Source: Clostridia bacterium
GTDB lineage: Bacteria; Bacillota; Clostridia; Christensenellales; CAG-138
Length of the DNA stretch: 64,000 nucleotides
Assembly (NCBI GenBank): GCA_035561095.1
Contig: DATMYE010000026.1
Coordinates: 7,917 to 71,916, forward strand
Reading direction: 5' to 3'
The notes under the pieces: generated by a model
Database searches by the model: none
What the model was told of the DNA's origin: nothing
What the model saw: only the letters and a program-made list of their open reading frames with translations
Made by a program: the position numbers and the translations under genes
Shown here: one piece after another, positions 25,765 to 35,767 of the stretch
Layout: every line of letters begins with the position of its first letter
How positions within the stretch are numbered: the stretch's first letter is position 1

Positions 25765-27636
25765 TTACGCGGCATCCTGCAGCAATCCGTCCGACCAGAC
25801 GTTGATCTGTTCCTTGACGAGGTCAAAGTTGCCGGGCCCAAGGTCGAGATACGTCTTGAGGAACGACGCCATGTCAAACTTGTCGCCGAGTTCATCCTTC
25901 GTGTCGCGGTACAGCTGCGCAAGCTGGCTGTAGCCTACTGCATAGTCAAAGAAGTAATACGGCTGATCCACAACGGTTTTGTAGAAGATCGGCGCAATGT
26001 ACTCTCCGTCAAACCCGTAACCGGAAACCGCGTTGGCAACCGCTTCTTCCGTATAGCCGTAGTAGTTTACGAGGATACTGATGATCGCGGGAAGGATCGA
26101 ATTCATGATTTGACCGTAGTCAAAATAGAACCGCACAAGCTCCTTATCATACTGATCCTGATTCTCGACTGCGAGGAACTCCGCAAACTGCGCCCAGCCC
26201 TCGGCATAGCCGCTGAAGTTTGCCGCGCGCTGCATCAGCCCCAGATTGTCCTTGCTGCGCTGGTAGATATACTGATACATGTGTCCCGGATACCCTTCGT
26301 GCGCCAGCGTGAGTAGCAGCGTCGGGTCTTCCGTTGCGGTGTTGATGTAGATCGTGTTGTCCTTCCAGTCGTCCATCGCGGGAATGACATACGCCGCGGG
26401 TGCGAACTGATCCTGAAGTTCTTCCGGCACGTCCGTCAGTGTCAGGTTGTGTTCAGGCAGAACGGGCAGCAACGGCTGAATCAGCGTCTGCAGATAGTCC
26501 AAATCCTTTTGCATGTCTCCGCTGGTGAGGTTGATCTCCGCGTCATAGATGTCCGGGCGGTCGTTCGAAATCTTGACAAAATCGTACAGCAGATAGTTCA
26601 GCTCGGACTTGAGCATCTCCAGCGTCTCTTCCACAGTCAGAGAATTACAGCCGCCGGCCTGCATGGAATACTCATAATATTCCTTCTGGATTTCGGTGTG
26701 CTGCGAGGCTTCCTCATAGGTGCGGCAGGATTTCCGAAGATCGGAAAGCCCGTCGTAGAGCGTCTGGAACGAGTTGAGATACTCGTTCTTGAGGAGGCTC
26801 GCGTTGCGGTCCTTATACGTCTGCGCCTGCTCCGGCGTGAGGCTGGTCAGCTTGTCGATGCCTTCTTCAAACGTCACGTAGAGGAACGTCGTGTCCTTTG
26901 CGTCGATGATCAGCTGGATATCCTCCAGAATCGCGTCCAGCGCGGGTTCGGTCATGAACATGCCGAGTTCGGCGCGCTTCTGCTCGTACGCGAGCACCTG
27001 ACCCATATAGCGCGGCATATCCGCAAGCAGCGTCAGATAATCCTCTACGTCCTGGACGTTCTTGAGTTCAAACAACGCAAACGAGAGCGGCATGTTGGAG
27101 TGCAGCCCGCTGTACTCGGTCAGCGGCTCATAGAAATACTCAAAATGCGTTTCTTCGGCGTCGTCCGTCAGAATTTGCTGCAGCACGTCATAGGAGAACT
27201 GCGTATCGGGCTTGAGCTCCTCGCGGTTGATGGCGTTGAGCTGATCCAGATAGACGGTTGCCTCCTGCGTCACGCGGACACTATCCTCTTCCGTGAACTC
27301 GCCGAGCGTCATCTTGACGCTTGCCGGGTCGATCTGATACACGGTGGGATCGTCCACAAACATATGGTACGAATAGCCGTCCTGCGTCACATACCAGCGG
27401 AAGACCTCCAGGTCCAGCGCGTGGAACGCAGCCTCCGTCGTGTCGCTGACAGTAAACGTCGGCGACGGTAGAGGCGTTTCGATGCTCTGCGGTGCAGTTC
27501 CGTTTTCTTGCGACTCAATTGTGATAGGCCCCGTCGTGCTGTCCGGCAGTTTGCAGCCGGCAAACACGCTCATCATCATTACGAGCGCCATCAGCAGCGC
27601 AATCACTTTACTCAGTCGCTTGAAAGATTGATTCAT
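25765..27636 (-). CDS. DUF885-family lipoprotein
   Basis: Signal peptide ending in FAGC and a HEGYPGHMYQ motif. Start trimmed to the ATG at 27636, which has AAAGGAG 6 nt upstream. Confidence 0.8.
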   Translation of the reverse strand: MNQSFKRLSKVIALLMALVMMMSVFAGCKLPDSTTGPITIESQENGTAPQSIETPLPSPTFTVSDTTEAAFHALDLEVFRWYVTQDGYSYHMFVDDPTVYQIDPASVKMTLGEFTEEDSVRVTQEATVYLDQLNAINREELKPDTQFSYDVLQQILTDDAEETHFEYFYEPLTEYSGLHSNMPLSFALFELKNVQDVEDYLTLLADMPRYMGQVLAYEQKRAELGMFMTEPALDAILEDIQLIIDAKDTTFLYVTFEEGIDKLTSLTPEQAQTYKDRNASLLKNEYLNSFQTLYDGLSDLRKSCRTYEEASQHTEIQKEYYEYSMQAGGCNSLTVEETLEMLKSELNYLLYDFVKISNDRPDIYDAEINLTSGDMQKDLDYLQTLIQPLLPVLPEHNLTLTDVPEELQDQFAPAAYVIPAMDDWKDNTIYINTATEDPTLLLTLAHEGYPGHMYQYIYQRSKDNLGLMQRAANFSGYAEGWAQFAEFLAVENQDQYDKELVRFYFDYGQIMNSILPAIISILVNYYGYTEEAVANAVSGYGFDGEYIAPIFYKTVVDQPYYFFDYAVGYSQLAQLYRDTKDELGDKFDMASFLKTYLDLGPGNFDLVKEQINVWSDGLLQDAA

Positions 27637-27672
27637 ATGGTTCTCCTTTAACGGTTCATTCACAACGGGAAA

Positions 27673-28620
27673 TCAGTGTTGTATGGATTTCAGCAGCCGG
27701 AGTACGGAGTCTTCCGCCTGTGTCTCCCCTGCTTTCTTGAGCGCCTGCATGAAATAATCCGGCAGTGGCGCATAGAACACCATATCTTCGTTTGTGCCCG
27801 GATGCCGGAATGTCAGCCGATAGCCGTGCAGCGCCTGCCCTTGCAGCCCGAACGGGCGTTTGTCGCGTCCGTAGACATCGTCTCCCGTGACGGGATGCTG
27901 CTGGCTCGCCAAATGCACGCGAATCTGGTGCGTGCGACCCGTTTCCAGCTCGATCTGGAGCAGCGTATATTGTCCGTACCGCGCGGCGACCTGCCAATGT
28001 GTGACGGCTTCTCTGCCGCCCTGCACGATGGCCATGCGCTTGCGGTCGACAGGATGCCGCGCAAGCGGAGCTGTGACGGTTCCGCTATCCTGCCGGATGT
28101 TGCCGTCGACCAGAGCCGCGTAGCTTCTGTGGGCTGTATGGTCTCGAAACTGATCGCTCAACGCGCGGTGTGTTTTGTCGTTTTTTGCGACCACGAGCAA
28201 GCCGGAGGTCATGCGGTCGATGCGGTGCACGATGCCTGGACGAAGCTCTCCGCCGATGCCCGAAAGGTCGTGGATATGGAAGAGCAGCGCGTTCACCAGT
28301 GTCCCGCTCTCGTGTCCGGGCGCGGGATGCACCACCATGCCCTGCGGCTTGTTGATCACGAGCAGATCGGAATCTTCAAACAGAATGTCGAGCGGGATAT
28401 CCTCCGCGACGACATCCGTCACCACGGGTTCCGGATATGTGACATCGACCAGATCGCCCGCTGCGACAGTTGCGTTGGGCTTGACCTGGTTGCCATTGAG
28501 CAGAATCGCGCCGTCGCGGATCATCCGCTGCGCCTGCGTGCGGGAAAGCTCCGTTTCTCCTGCGACAAACGAATCCAGCCTGCCGAGTGCTTCGCAGAGA
28601 ATGCTCTCCTGCTCAGGCAT
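27673..28620 (-). CDS. rluD: RluA/RluD-family 23S rRNA pseudouridine synthase
   Basis: S4 domain plus HRIDRMTSGLLVVAK. Start trimmed from 28743 to the ATG at 28620, overlapping the lspA end. Confidence 0.9.
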   Translation of the reverse strand: MPEQESILCEALGRLDSFVAGETELSRTQAQRMIRDGAILLNGNQVKPNATVAAGDLVDVTYPEPVVTDVVAEDIPLDILFEDSDLLVINKPQGMVVHPAPGHESGTLVNALLFHIHDLSGIGGELRPGIVHRIDRMTSGLLVVAKNDKTHRALSDQFRDHTAHRSYAALVDGNIRQDSGTVTAPLARHPVDRKRMAIVQGGREAVTHWQVAARYGQYTLLQIELETGRTHQIRVHLASQQHPVTGDDVYGRDKRPFGLQGQALHGYRLTFRHPGTNEDMVFYAPLPDYFMQALKKAGETQAEDSVLRLLKSIQH

Positions 28621-29158
28621 CGGTCTTTTCGGAAGAAGCGGATTCTTCCGCAGGTTTAGCCGCAGTCTTCTCTTTCTTAAACGAAACACGTTCAAACATC
28701 GACTTCTCTTTGAGGAACAGCGCGTCGATGACGAGCATAACACAGCCGATGCTCAGCGCGCTATCCGCAACGTTGAACACGGGAAAGTTGAACAGAGGTG
28801 TAATATCCACAAAGTCACGCACATAGGTCAAAAGCAGCCGGTCGACAAAGTTGCCGACCGCGCCGGAAAACAGAAGCGCGAGTGTGATGCGCGAAAACAC
28901 GCTCAGGTTCTTGCGGAACCGGATCATGACGATGATCAAGAGACCTGCCACGATCAGCGTCAGCGGGATAAACAGCCACCGAAAACCATCCAGCATGCCC
29001 CAGGCGGCGCCGGTGTTATGCACATTGGTCAGCTGGACAAGTCCGTCGATAACAGGCGCGCTTGTGCCGACAGGAGAAAGGTAGAGCTGCACCAGATACT
29101 TCGAGATCTGATCCGCAGCCAGCAGAATGACAATGATGATGAGTTCGAGCAAGTTCAT
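28613..29158 (-). CDS. lspA: Lipoprotein signal peptidase II
   Basis: Four TM segments, with NTGAAWG and FNVADSALSIG motifs. Confidence 0.92.
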   Translation of the reverse strand: MNLLELIIIVILLAADQISKYLVQLYLSPVGTSAPVIDGLVQLTNVHNTGAAWGMLDGFRWLFIPLTLIVAGLLIIVMIRFRKNLSVFSRITLALLFSGAVGNFVDRLLLTYVRDFVDITPLFNFPVFNVADSALSIGCVMLVIDALFLKEKSMFERVSFKKEKTAAKPAEESASSEKTDA

Positions 29159-29193
29159 ATCCTCCGATGATTTGATCTAGTATAGCACGCGAT

Positions 29194-29871
29194 TTAACCG
29201 CCGACAACCGTTGCGGTCTGTGTATTGTCTGTAAAAAGATCGGGATAGAGCGTGGTGTAGTTTTGATACGCGGCGACGACCTTCTCATAATACCGCGCCG
29301 TATCCTCGTATGGGATGACGGTGAGCTGGCCGTTTTGCGAGAAACGCGCGTCGCTGAGCCAATCCTCCACGGTGCCGTGACCCGCGTTATAGGCGGAGAT
29401 GATCTCGATCAGCCGCCCGTCAAACCGTTCGCTTAGAAAATTCAGATACCAGCAGCCGTATTCAATATTCGTTGCGGGGTCTTCCAGCATGTCCAGCGAG
29501 TATGCAAGCTCCGGGTCGATCTTGTGGCCAATCCACTCCCCCGTCTCCGGCATGATCTGCATAAGCCCGATCGCGCCGACATCGCTCTTTGCGGCAGGAT
29601 CATTGCTGCTCTCGCAGCGCATGATCGACTGTACGAGATAGGGATCCAGCTGGTACCGGTCTGCATATTGCTTGATCAGGTCGGTGTATGCGACGGGATA
29701 GTTCCGCAATGCGCGCTGATAGGTGATATCTTCATAGATCAGATATCCGCCGAATCCGGCAGCACCCAGCAACAGGATTGCACCGAGTGCGATGACAGCG
29801 ATCTGCATTGCGTTGAGTTTTTTGCGTTTTTTCTTGCGTCGTTCCTGCTGCTGTTCCGTTGGCTGATTCAA
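29194..29871 (-). CDS. Membrane-anchored lytic transglycosylase (SLT domain)
   Basis: N-terminal TM segment and the catalytic region MRCESSNDPAAKSDVGAIGLMQIMP. Confidence 0.85.
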   Translation of the reverse strand: MNQPTEQQQERRKKKRKKLNAMQIAVIALGAILLLGAAGFGGYLIYEDITYQRALRNYPVAYTDLIKQYADRYQLDPYLVQSIMRCESSNDPAAKSDVGAIGLMQIMPETGEWIGHKIDPELAYSLDMLEDPATNIEYGCWYLNFLSERFDGRLIEIISAYNAGHGTVEDWLSDARFSQNGQLTVIPYEDTARYYEKVVAAYQNYTTLYPDLFTDNTQTATVVGG

Positions 29872-30500
29872 GCGTGCGTTCCTCCGGCTGAAAGTTGATC
29901 AAACATCAAGTCTACCTGATGCAGTAGCTCCGGTTCCGTGCCGTTGTTCTCTAAAATCAAATCCGCGAGTTGGAGCTTTTCCTCCTCCGGCATCTGGGCG
30001 CTCATGCGGGAAATGACCTGTTCGCGCGAGAGATTGTCCCGCTCCATAACGCGGCGAATGCGGCTCTCCTCATCACTCGTGACGACGATGTTATGATCCA
30101 TCCGCTCATGCATGCCGCTCTCAAACAGCAGTGGCACCTCGAAAACAGCAATGCCTGAAGGCTCGTTCGATAAATCTTGTTCCGCGCGCGAAAACAGCTC
30201 CTGAATCACATAAGGATGGATGATATCGTTGAGGATGGTTCGTTTTGCATGATCGTTGAACACAATCTCGCCGAGCTTTCGCCGGTTGATACTTAGATCC
30301 TCGTTCAAAACATCCTGCCCGAATGCGGAAACGACGCGATCATAACAGACCGCGCCGGGATCGAGCGCACGGCGGGAAATCTCGTCCGCGTGATAGACAC
30401 GCGCGCCGAGAGCAGCAAACCGCGCGGCTGCGGTCGTCTTGCCGGAGCCGATGCCGCCCGTGAGGCCGACTTTCAGATAGTTCTTCCGCGCTGCCGTCAT
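29868..30500 (-). CDS. coaE: Dephospho-CoA kinase
   Basis: VGLTGGIGSGKTT P-loop. The ATG overlaps the polA stop. Confidence 0.92.
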   Translation of the reverse strand: MTAARKNYLKVGLTGGIGSGKTTAAARFAALGARVYHADEISRRALDPGAVCYDRVVSAFGQDVLNEDLSINRRKLGEIVFNDHAKRTILNDIIHPYVIQELFSRAEQDLSNEPSGIAVFEVPLLFESGMHERMDHNIVVTSDEESRIRRVMERDNLSREQVISRMSAQMPEEEKLQLADLILENNGTEPELLHQVDLMFDQLSAGGTHA

Positions 30501-33064
30501 TTTGTCTCGTACCAGCTGTGTCCGACTTTGACATCCGCGTCCAGAGGCACGGAGAGCTGAACCACCTGTTCCATGCAGTCGTGCACAAGCGCCTCTACCT
30601 CGTCCGCTTCCGATTTCGGTGTGTCGAAGATCAGCTCGTCGTGCACCTGCAATATCAGCTTGGTCTGGAGCTTGCGTTCGTGCAGAGCCGCGTTAACCTT
30701 TACCATCGCGAGCTTGATGATATCCGCAGCAGTGCCCTGAATCGGCATGTTCATCGAGACGCGTTCGCCAAAGGAGCGCGTGTTGTAGTTGGAGCTTTTG
30801 AGTTCCGGCAGCGAGCGGCGGCGCTCGAACATTGTGATCGCGTAGCCAAGGCGTTTCGCGTCCTCGACGCTGCGATCCAGATATGCTTTGACGCCGGGAT
30901 AGCGGTCGAAGTATAGCTTGATGTATTCGCCCGCGCGCTTGACGGGGATATCGAGGTTGCGCGCAAGGCCGAAGTCGCTGATGCCGTAGACGATGCCGAA
31001 GTTGACGGCTTTTGCCGCGCTGCGCTGTTCGTTGGTGACCTCCGCAAACGGCACGCGGAAGACCTCGCTCGCGGTCGTGCGGTGGATGTCCTTGCCGCTG
31101 TTGAACGCTGCGATCATGCCTTCGTCCCCGCTGATGTGCGCGAGCAGCCTTAGCTCGATCTGCGAGTAGTCCGCGTCAACGAGCACGTTTCCCTCGGATG
31201 CGACAAACGCCTTGCGGATTTCCCTGCCCTGCTGCGTGCGCACGGGGATATTCTGCATGTTGGGCTCCGTGCTGGAGATGCGGCCTGTTGCCGTGACGCA
31301 CTGGTTAAACTGCGTCCGCACACGGTCGTTTCCGTCGTTGACGACGTTGAGAAGCCCGTCCACAAACGTGCTCTTGAGTTTCGTGATGAAACGGTACTCC
31401 TGAATCAACGGGATCGCCGGATGCTTGTCCAACAGCGCATCGAGCGTCTCCGCGTCGGTCGAAAAACCGCTCTTGTTCTTCTTTCCGGTCGGAAGCCCCA
31501 GCTTTTCAAACAGCACTTCGCCGAGCTGTTTTGGCGAGAGGATGTTGAAGGTTTCTCCGGTCGATTCGTAGATGCGTTTGGCGAGCGATTCGCTCTGCTC
31601 GTTGAACTGCGTTTGCAGCTGCTTGAGGATGTCGCGATCGACCCGGAAACCCGTGTGCTCCATCTCAAACAGCACGCTTGCAAGCGGCAGCTCCATCTCG
31701 GTATAGAGCTTCGTCATGTTCGCATCGTCCAGCTCGCGCAGCATGCTTTCCTTCAGCGAAAACAGCATTGCGCAATTCGGTTTCTGGTTCGGGCAAACAC
31801 GCTCACAGAGCATCGCAAGGCTCGTCGCAGGGCGTGTCGCATCCAGTAGATAGTCCGCGATCATCGCGTCGAGCACAGGTGCATTGATCGAAATTGAGAA
31901 CTTCTCCAGCAGGTGCCGCAGGCGCTTGGTGTCAAACGCGAGTACGTTGCAGCCGCGATCTTCAAAGATCGGCTTGAATGCGCCGTAGAGCGAGGTTTCG
32001 TCGATTGGCGTGGAGAACAAGTCTGCCCCCTGCACGACCTCGTAATAGGTTTCGGGCATAAACGCAAACTGAACGGTCTCCCCTGCTTCGATTGCGAACT
32101 GCTTCACGGGAGAGGCTTTTTTGATTGCGTCAAGCACGGCTTCAATCGAATCCAACTCGACGTGCTGCGACGCGGGGATGTCCGTCTGCGCCGTGGCTTC
32201 CTGCGCGCTCTCGCCGCCGATGCGCGCGGCAAGCCCGCGCATCTCAAGCTCCAGCAGCTTCGTGCGCGCGCCGCCCATCGCCTCCGGGCGGAACGTGCAA
32301 TCAGCAATCTTGAGCGGAATCGGCGCATCCGTACAGATCGTCCCGATTTCATAGCTCATGCGTGCGCTGTCCGCGCCCGCCGCGATCTTTTCGCCGAGTT
32401 TGCCTTTGACGTCGCCGGCATGCGCCAGCACGTTCTCCAACGTGCCGTACTCCTCAAGCAGTTTCATGGCAGTCTTCTCGCCGACGCCGGCGATGCCGGG
32501 GATGTTGTCGGAATTGTCGCCCATGAGACCCTTGAGGTCGCGCATGCGGTCGGGCTCTAGGCCGTATTGTTCCTTGAGCACATCGCGGTCAAACTCGATT
32601 GTCTCGCTGATGCCCTTCTTGGTCATGAGCACGTGCGTGCGGTCGCTGATGAGCTGCAGCGCGTCGCGGTCGCCCGTGACGAGCAGCGCATCGATTCCTT
32701 CCGCCTCGCATTTGCGCGCAAACGTGCCGAGGATATCGTCCGCCTCATAGCGCGGCGTTTCACAAACGGCGATACCCATCTCGCAGAGGAGTTCCTTGAG
32801 CACGGGAAACTGCGCTCTGAGGTCGTCTTCCGTCTCGCGTCTGCCCGCTTTGTATTCTTCAAACGACTCGTGCCGGAAGGTCGGCCCGTGCATATCAAAT
32901 GCAACCACGAGATAGTCCGGGTTACGTTCAATGAGCTTCAGGAGCATGCTCAAAAAGCCATGTAGCGCGCCGGTCGGTACACCCGCGCGCGTGGTCATGG
33001 GCGGCAGCGCGTGGTAAGCGCGATGCATGAGGCTATTACCGTCGATTGCGATCAGCTGTTTCAA
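30497..33064 (-). CDS. polA: DNA polymerase I
   Basis: 855 aa with a 5'-nuclease N-terminus and polymerase motifs DYSQIELR, RSAAKAVNFGIVYG and QVHDE. TTG start with AAGGAGG 6 nt upstream. Confidence 0.97.
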   Translation of the reverse strand: MKQLIAIDGNSLMHRAYHALPPMTTRAGVPTGALHGFLSMLLKLIERNPDYLVVAFDMHGPTFRHESFEEYKAGRRETEDDLRAQFPVLKELLCEMGIAVCETPRYEADDILGTFARKCEAEGIDALLVTGDRDALQLISDRTHVLMTKKGISETIEFDRDVLKEQYGLEPDRMRDLKGLMGDNSDNIPGIAGVGEKTAMKLLEEYGTLENVLAHAGDVKGKLGEKIAAGADSARMSYEIGTICTDAPIPLKIADCTFRPEAMGGARTKLLELEMRGLAARIGGESAQEATAQTDIPASQHVELDSIEAVLDAIKKASPVKQFAIEAGETVQFAFMPETYYEVVQGADLFSTPIDETSLYGAFKPIFEDRGCNVLAFDTKRLRHLLEKFSISINAPVLDAMIADYLLDATRPATSLAMLCERVCPNQKPNCAMLFSLKESMLRELDDANMTKLYTEMELPLASVLFEMEHTGFRVDRDILKQLQTQFNEQSESLAKRIYESTGETFNILSPKQLGEVLFEKLGLPTGKKNKSGFSTDAETLDALLDKHPAIPLIQEYRFITKLKSTFVDGLLNVVNDGNDRVRTQFNQCVTATGRISSTEPNMQNIPVRTQQGREIRKAFVASEGNVLVDADYSQIELRLLAHISGDEGMIAAFNSGKDIHRTTASEVFRVPFAEVTNEQRSAAKAVNFGIVYGISDFGLARNLDIPVKRAGEYIKLYFDRYPGVKAYLDRSVEDAKRLGYAITMFERRRSLPELKSSNYNTRSFGERVSMNMPIQGTAADIIKLAMVKVNAALHERKLQTKLILQVHDELIFDTPKSEADEVEALVHDCMEQVVQLSVPLDADVKVGHSWYETK

Positions 33065-33130
33065 GCGATGCCTCCTTGCGTTGTCGTTTGTTGTGCGAGA
33101 GTCGGCCGAACCGATTATCCGGCAAACAAT

Positions 33131-34447
33131 TTATCGAATGACGCCGTAGACCATCGGCGGGACATGATCGGGTTTTGCGCCGATATGAACCGCTTCATAC
33201 ATGGTCGAAATCGCGTCTTCGAGGTTCTTTTCGTCGTTGACGTAGAGTGTGCAGAAGGCTTCGCCTTTTTCGATCTTGTCGCCGACGCGCTTCTGCATGA
33301 CGAGTCCGACCGCGGGGTCGATGATGTCTTCCTTGGTCGCGCGTCCTGCGCCCAGCACCTGCGCCGCTCTGCCGATGAGCTCCGCCTGCATGCCGACGAT
33401 ATATCCGCTTTCATTGGCGGTCACCGGAATGAGTCGTTTGACTTTGCAAAGGGTGTCCATGCCTTCGAGTGTCAGATAGCTTTCATCGCCGCCGAGCTCA
33501 TGGATCATGGCGCGGAGCTTGGCAAGGCCGGAGCCGTCCGCAATCGCCCGCTCAAGCATAGCGCGCGCTTCTTCTTCGGTCTTCGCGAGTTTGGAGAGCA
33601 GCAGCATGTGCGTGCTGAGCAGCAGGCAGACTTCCAGCAGCGGATCGCCCGCAGGCAGCTGCCCGCTGAGCAGCTGAACCGCCTCGCGGAACTCCAGCGC
33701 GTTACCGACCGAAAGGCCGAGCGGCTGGTTCATGTCGGTGACGACGGCGACGATCTCACGCTTGAGGTGCTTGCCCATCTTGACCATAAGCTCCGCAAGC
33801 TTCTTGGAATCCTCCACGGTTTTCATGAACGCACCGCTTCCGGTCTTGACGTCCAGCACGATTGCATCCGAGCCCGCGGCAAGCTTCTTACTCATGATGC
33901 TCGCGGCAATCAGCGGCACGCTCTGAACGGTGCCGGTGACATCGCGCAGTGCATACATCTTTTTGTCGGCGGGCACGAGGTTGCCCGTCTGCCCAATGAC
34001 GCAGACGCCGATCTTGCGCACGATCTCCTTAAACCGTTCGATAGACTGCCCGGGGTTCACGCCGGGAACAGATTCCAGCTTGTCGATGGTGCCGCCGGAG
34101 AACGCGAGCCCGCGGCCGGACATCTTTGCAACCGTTCCGCCGCATGCCGCAACAAGCGGCGCAACCACCAGTGTGGTCGTATCACCGACGCCGCCGGAGG
34201 AATGCTTGTCGACCTTGATACCGGGCAGGTCGCTCAGGTCGACCGTATCGCCGGAATGCATCATGCTCAACGTCAGGTCGGCGGCTTCCCGTTCGTTCAT
34301 ATCGTTGAGCACGATGGCCATCATCAGCGCGGACATCTGATAATCCGGGATTTCGCCGCTGACAAATCCGTCTACGACGAACTTGATCTCATCGTGTGTC
34401 AGTTCCTCATTGTTCACCTTTTTTTCGATGCAATCTACCATGCGCAT
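33131..34447 (-). CDS. pdp: Pyrimidine-nucleoside (thymidine) phosphorylase
   Basis: HSSGGVGD and SGRGLAFSGGTIDKLES motifs. Confidence 0.93.
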   Translation of the reverse strand: MRMVDCIEKKVNNEELTHDEIKFVVDGFVSGEIPDYQMSALMMAIVLNDMNEREAADLTLSMMHSGDTVDLSDLPGIKVDKHSSGGVGDTTTLVVAPLVAACGGTVAKMSGRGLAFSGGTIDKLESVPGVNPGQSIERFKEIVRKIGVCVIGQTGNLVPADKKMYALRDVTGTVQSVPLIAASIMSKKLAAGSDAIVLDVKTGSGAFMKTVEDSKKLAELMVKMGKHLKREIVAVVTDMNQPLGLSVGNALEFREAVQLLSGQLPAGDPLLEVCLLLSTHMLLLSKLAKTEEEARAMLERAIADGSGLAKLRAMIHELGGDESYLTLEGMDTLCKVKRLIPVTANESGYIVGMQAELIGRAAQVLGAGRATKEDIIDPAVGLVMQKRVGDKIEKGEAFCTLYVNDEKNLEDAISTMYEAVHIGAKPDHVPPMVYGVIR

Positions 34448-34491
34448 AGTGTAAATCCTCCTTCAAAATTTGGATGAAAATGTTCTGGTCA

Positions 34492-35730
34492 TTAAACGTC
34501 GCTGATGACGGTCTCTTCGCGAAGCACCGGCGCAAACAGCGGCGCGGGCGAAATCGGCGTGTTTTTGATGATCAAAAACAACGCGTCCGCGGCTTCGTCA
34601 AACGATTTGGTGTCGATTGGCACCAGCGGCGCTTCGTCGATCTTCGCGAAGAAGCGTCCGTCCTCCGTGAACGCAAGCACCGCGACATGCTTTCTTTGCA
34701 CGCGGCAGTGGAACAACAGCGCATCGGTCGTCGAGTCGTTCATGGAACCCGCGTCGTCGAGTAGTTGCGTCAGTGCGATAAGCCAGTCCGCTTTTGCAAG
34801 CCTGCGGTCAAACTCACACTGTTCCAGTACGGTTTCGATGCCGTTGCGATATTCCACGCGGATGTTGTTGCGCTGCGTCGCGGGTATACGCTTGCCGAGC
34901 ACCGTCGCATAGCGTCCCTCCGGCACATCATCCGGAAGCACCCCGTTGCCGGCTGCAACGATGTACTCCGTAAAGCCCTTGTTCTGGGGCAGCGTCAGCG
35001 CCTGCGTGAGCTCGTCTTTCGTCAGATTTTCAGACTCAATGACGATCGTGCGGTTGGGCAGAATGCCGAAGTGTAGATCGTGTGTGATTCCCGCGGCGTT
35101 CAGAATCGGCGCTTTGCGGTATCTACCCTTGTTGGAGCAGATCAGCGCGTCCAGGGTTCCTGCCCCACCGTCGGCGATGAGCTGCGTGCTCAGCACCGCT
35201 TTGGGCAGCACGCGGGACGCGGAGCGCAACATGTGCCGCGCGGCATCCGCGGAGGTGAATTTTCCATACCAGGCGTCGGGCGCAATCAGGATGCGCGTGC
35301 ATTGGCCGGGTTTTTCGCATGTTTCGGGCAATGCGCCGGCAATCTGCATCGAACCGTAGCGGACATCGCCCCCGGCAACCGTGCCGTCCTCCTGCACCTG
35401 ACCCAGATACTCTACCTCGCTGCATTTTTCCACGCGATTGTTCTGGATGAACGGGCGGTAGATGGTCAGGAAGGAAAGCAACGAGGGTTTGTGCAGAAGC
35501 TGCTCAAACAATGCTTTTCCGACCTTGAGCGGAAGGTTTGAGAACATGCAGATGTAAGCGGACTCGCTGGTTGCGTCGCCGACATCGTCCCATGCGCCAA
35601 ACAGCGTGGAGCCGACGACGTGTGTGATCGGCACCTCGGAAAACACAATGTTCCAGCAATCGTCGGGCGTGAGGCTTGCGTCGCTCGTCATCGCGAAACG
35701 AAGGCCAAGAGAGAATTTGGAGTATTCCAT
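34492..35730 (-). CDS. Hypothetical protein; C-terminal part is glycerate-kinase-like but degenerate
   Basis: Strong SD (GAGGAGG). Residues ~146-412 show ILIAPDAWYGKFTSADAA and IADGGAGTLDALI (compare IAPDSFKGS and DGGEGT of glycerate kinases). The GEG of the TGEGxxD box is replaced (ADWLIALTQLLD). About 145 aa at the N-terminus are unassigned. Confidence 0.6.
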   Translation of the reverse strand: MEYSKFSLGLRFAMTSDASLTPDDCWNIVFSEVPITHVVGSTLFGAWDDVGDATSESAYICMFSNLPLKVGKALFEQLLHKPSLLSFLTIYRPFIQNNRVEKCSEVEYLGQVQEDGTVAGGDVRYGSMQIAGALPETCEKPGQCTRILIAPDAWYGKFTSADAARHMLRSASRVLPKAVLSTQLIADGGAGTLDALICSNKGRYRKAPILNAAGITHDLHFGILPNRTIVIESENLTKDELTQALTLPQNKGFTEYIVAAGNGVLPDDVPEGRYATVLGKRIPATQRNNIRVEYRNGIETVLEQCEFDRRLAKADWLIALTQLLDDAGSMNDSTTDALLFHCRVQRKHVAVLAFTEDGRFFAKIDEAPLVPIDTKSFDEAADALFLIIKNTPISPAPLFAPVLREETVISDV

Positions 35731-35767
35731 CTGTATTGATCCTCCTCAAGCGGGCTTCCGCTTGGAG

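Noticed and set aside
33011-34477. 488-aa ORF on the plus strand
   Set aside because: It is antisense to pdp, which has unmistakable nucleoside phosphorylase motifs. It is a compositional artefact.
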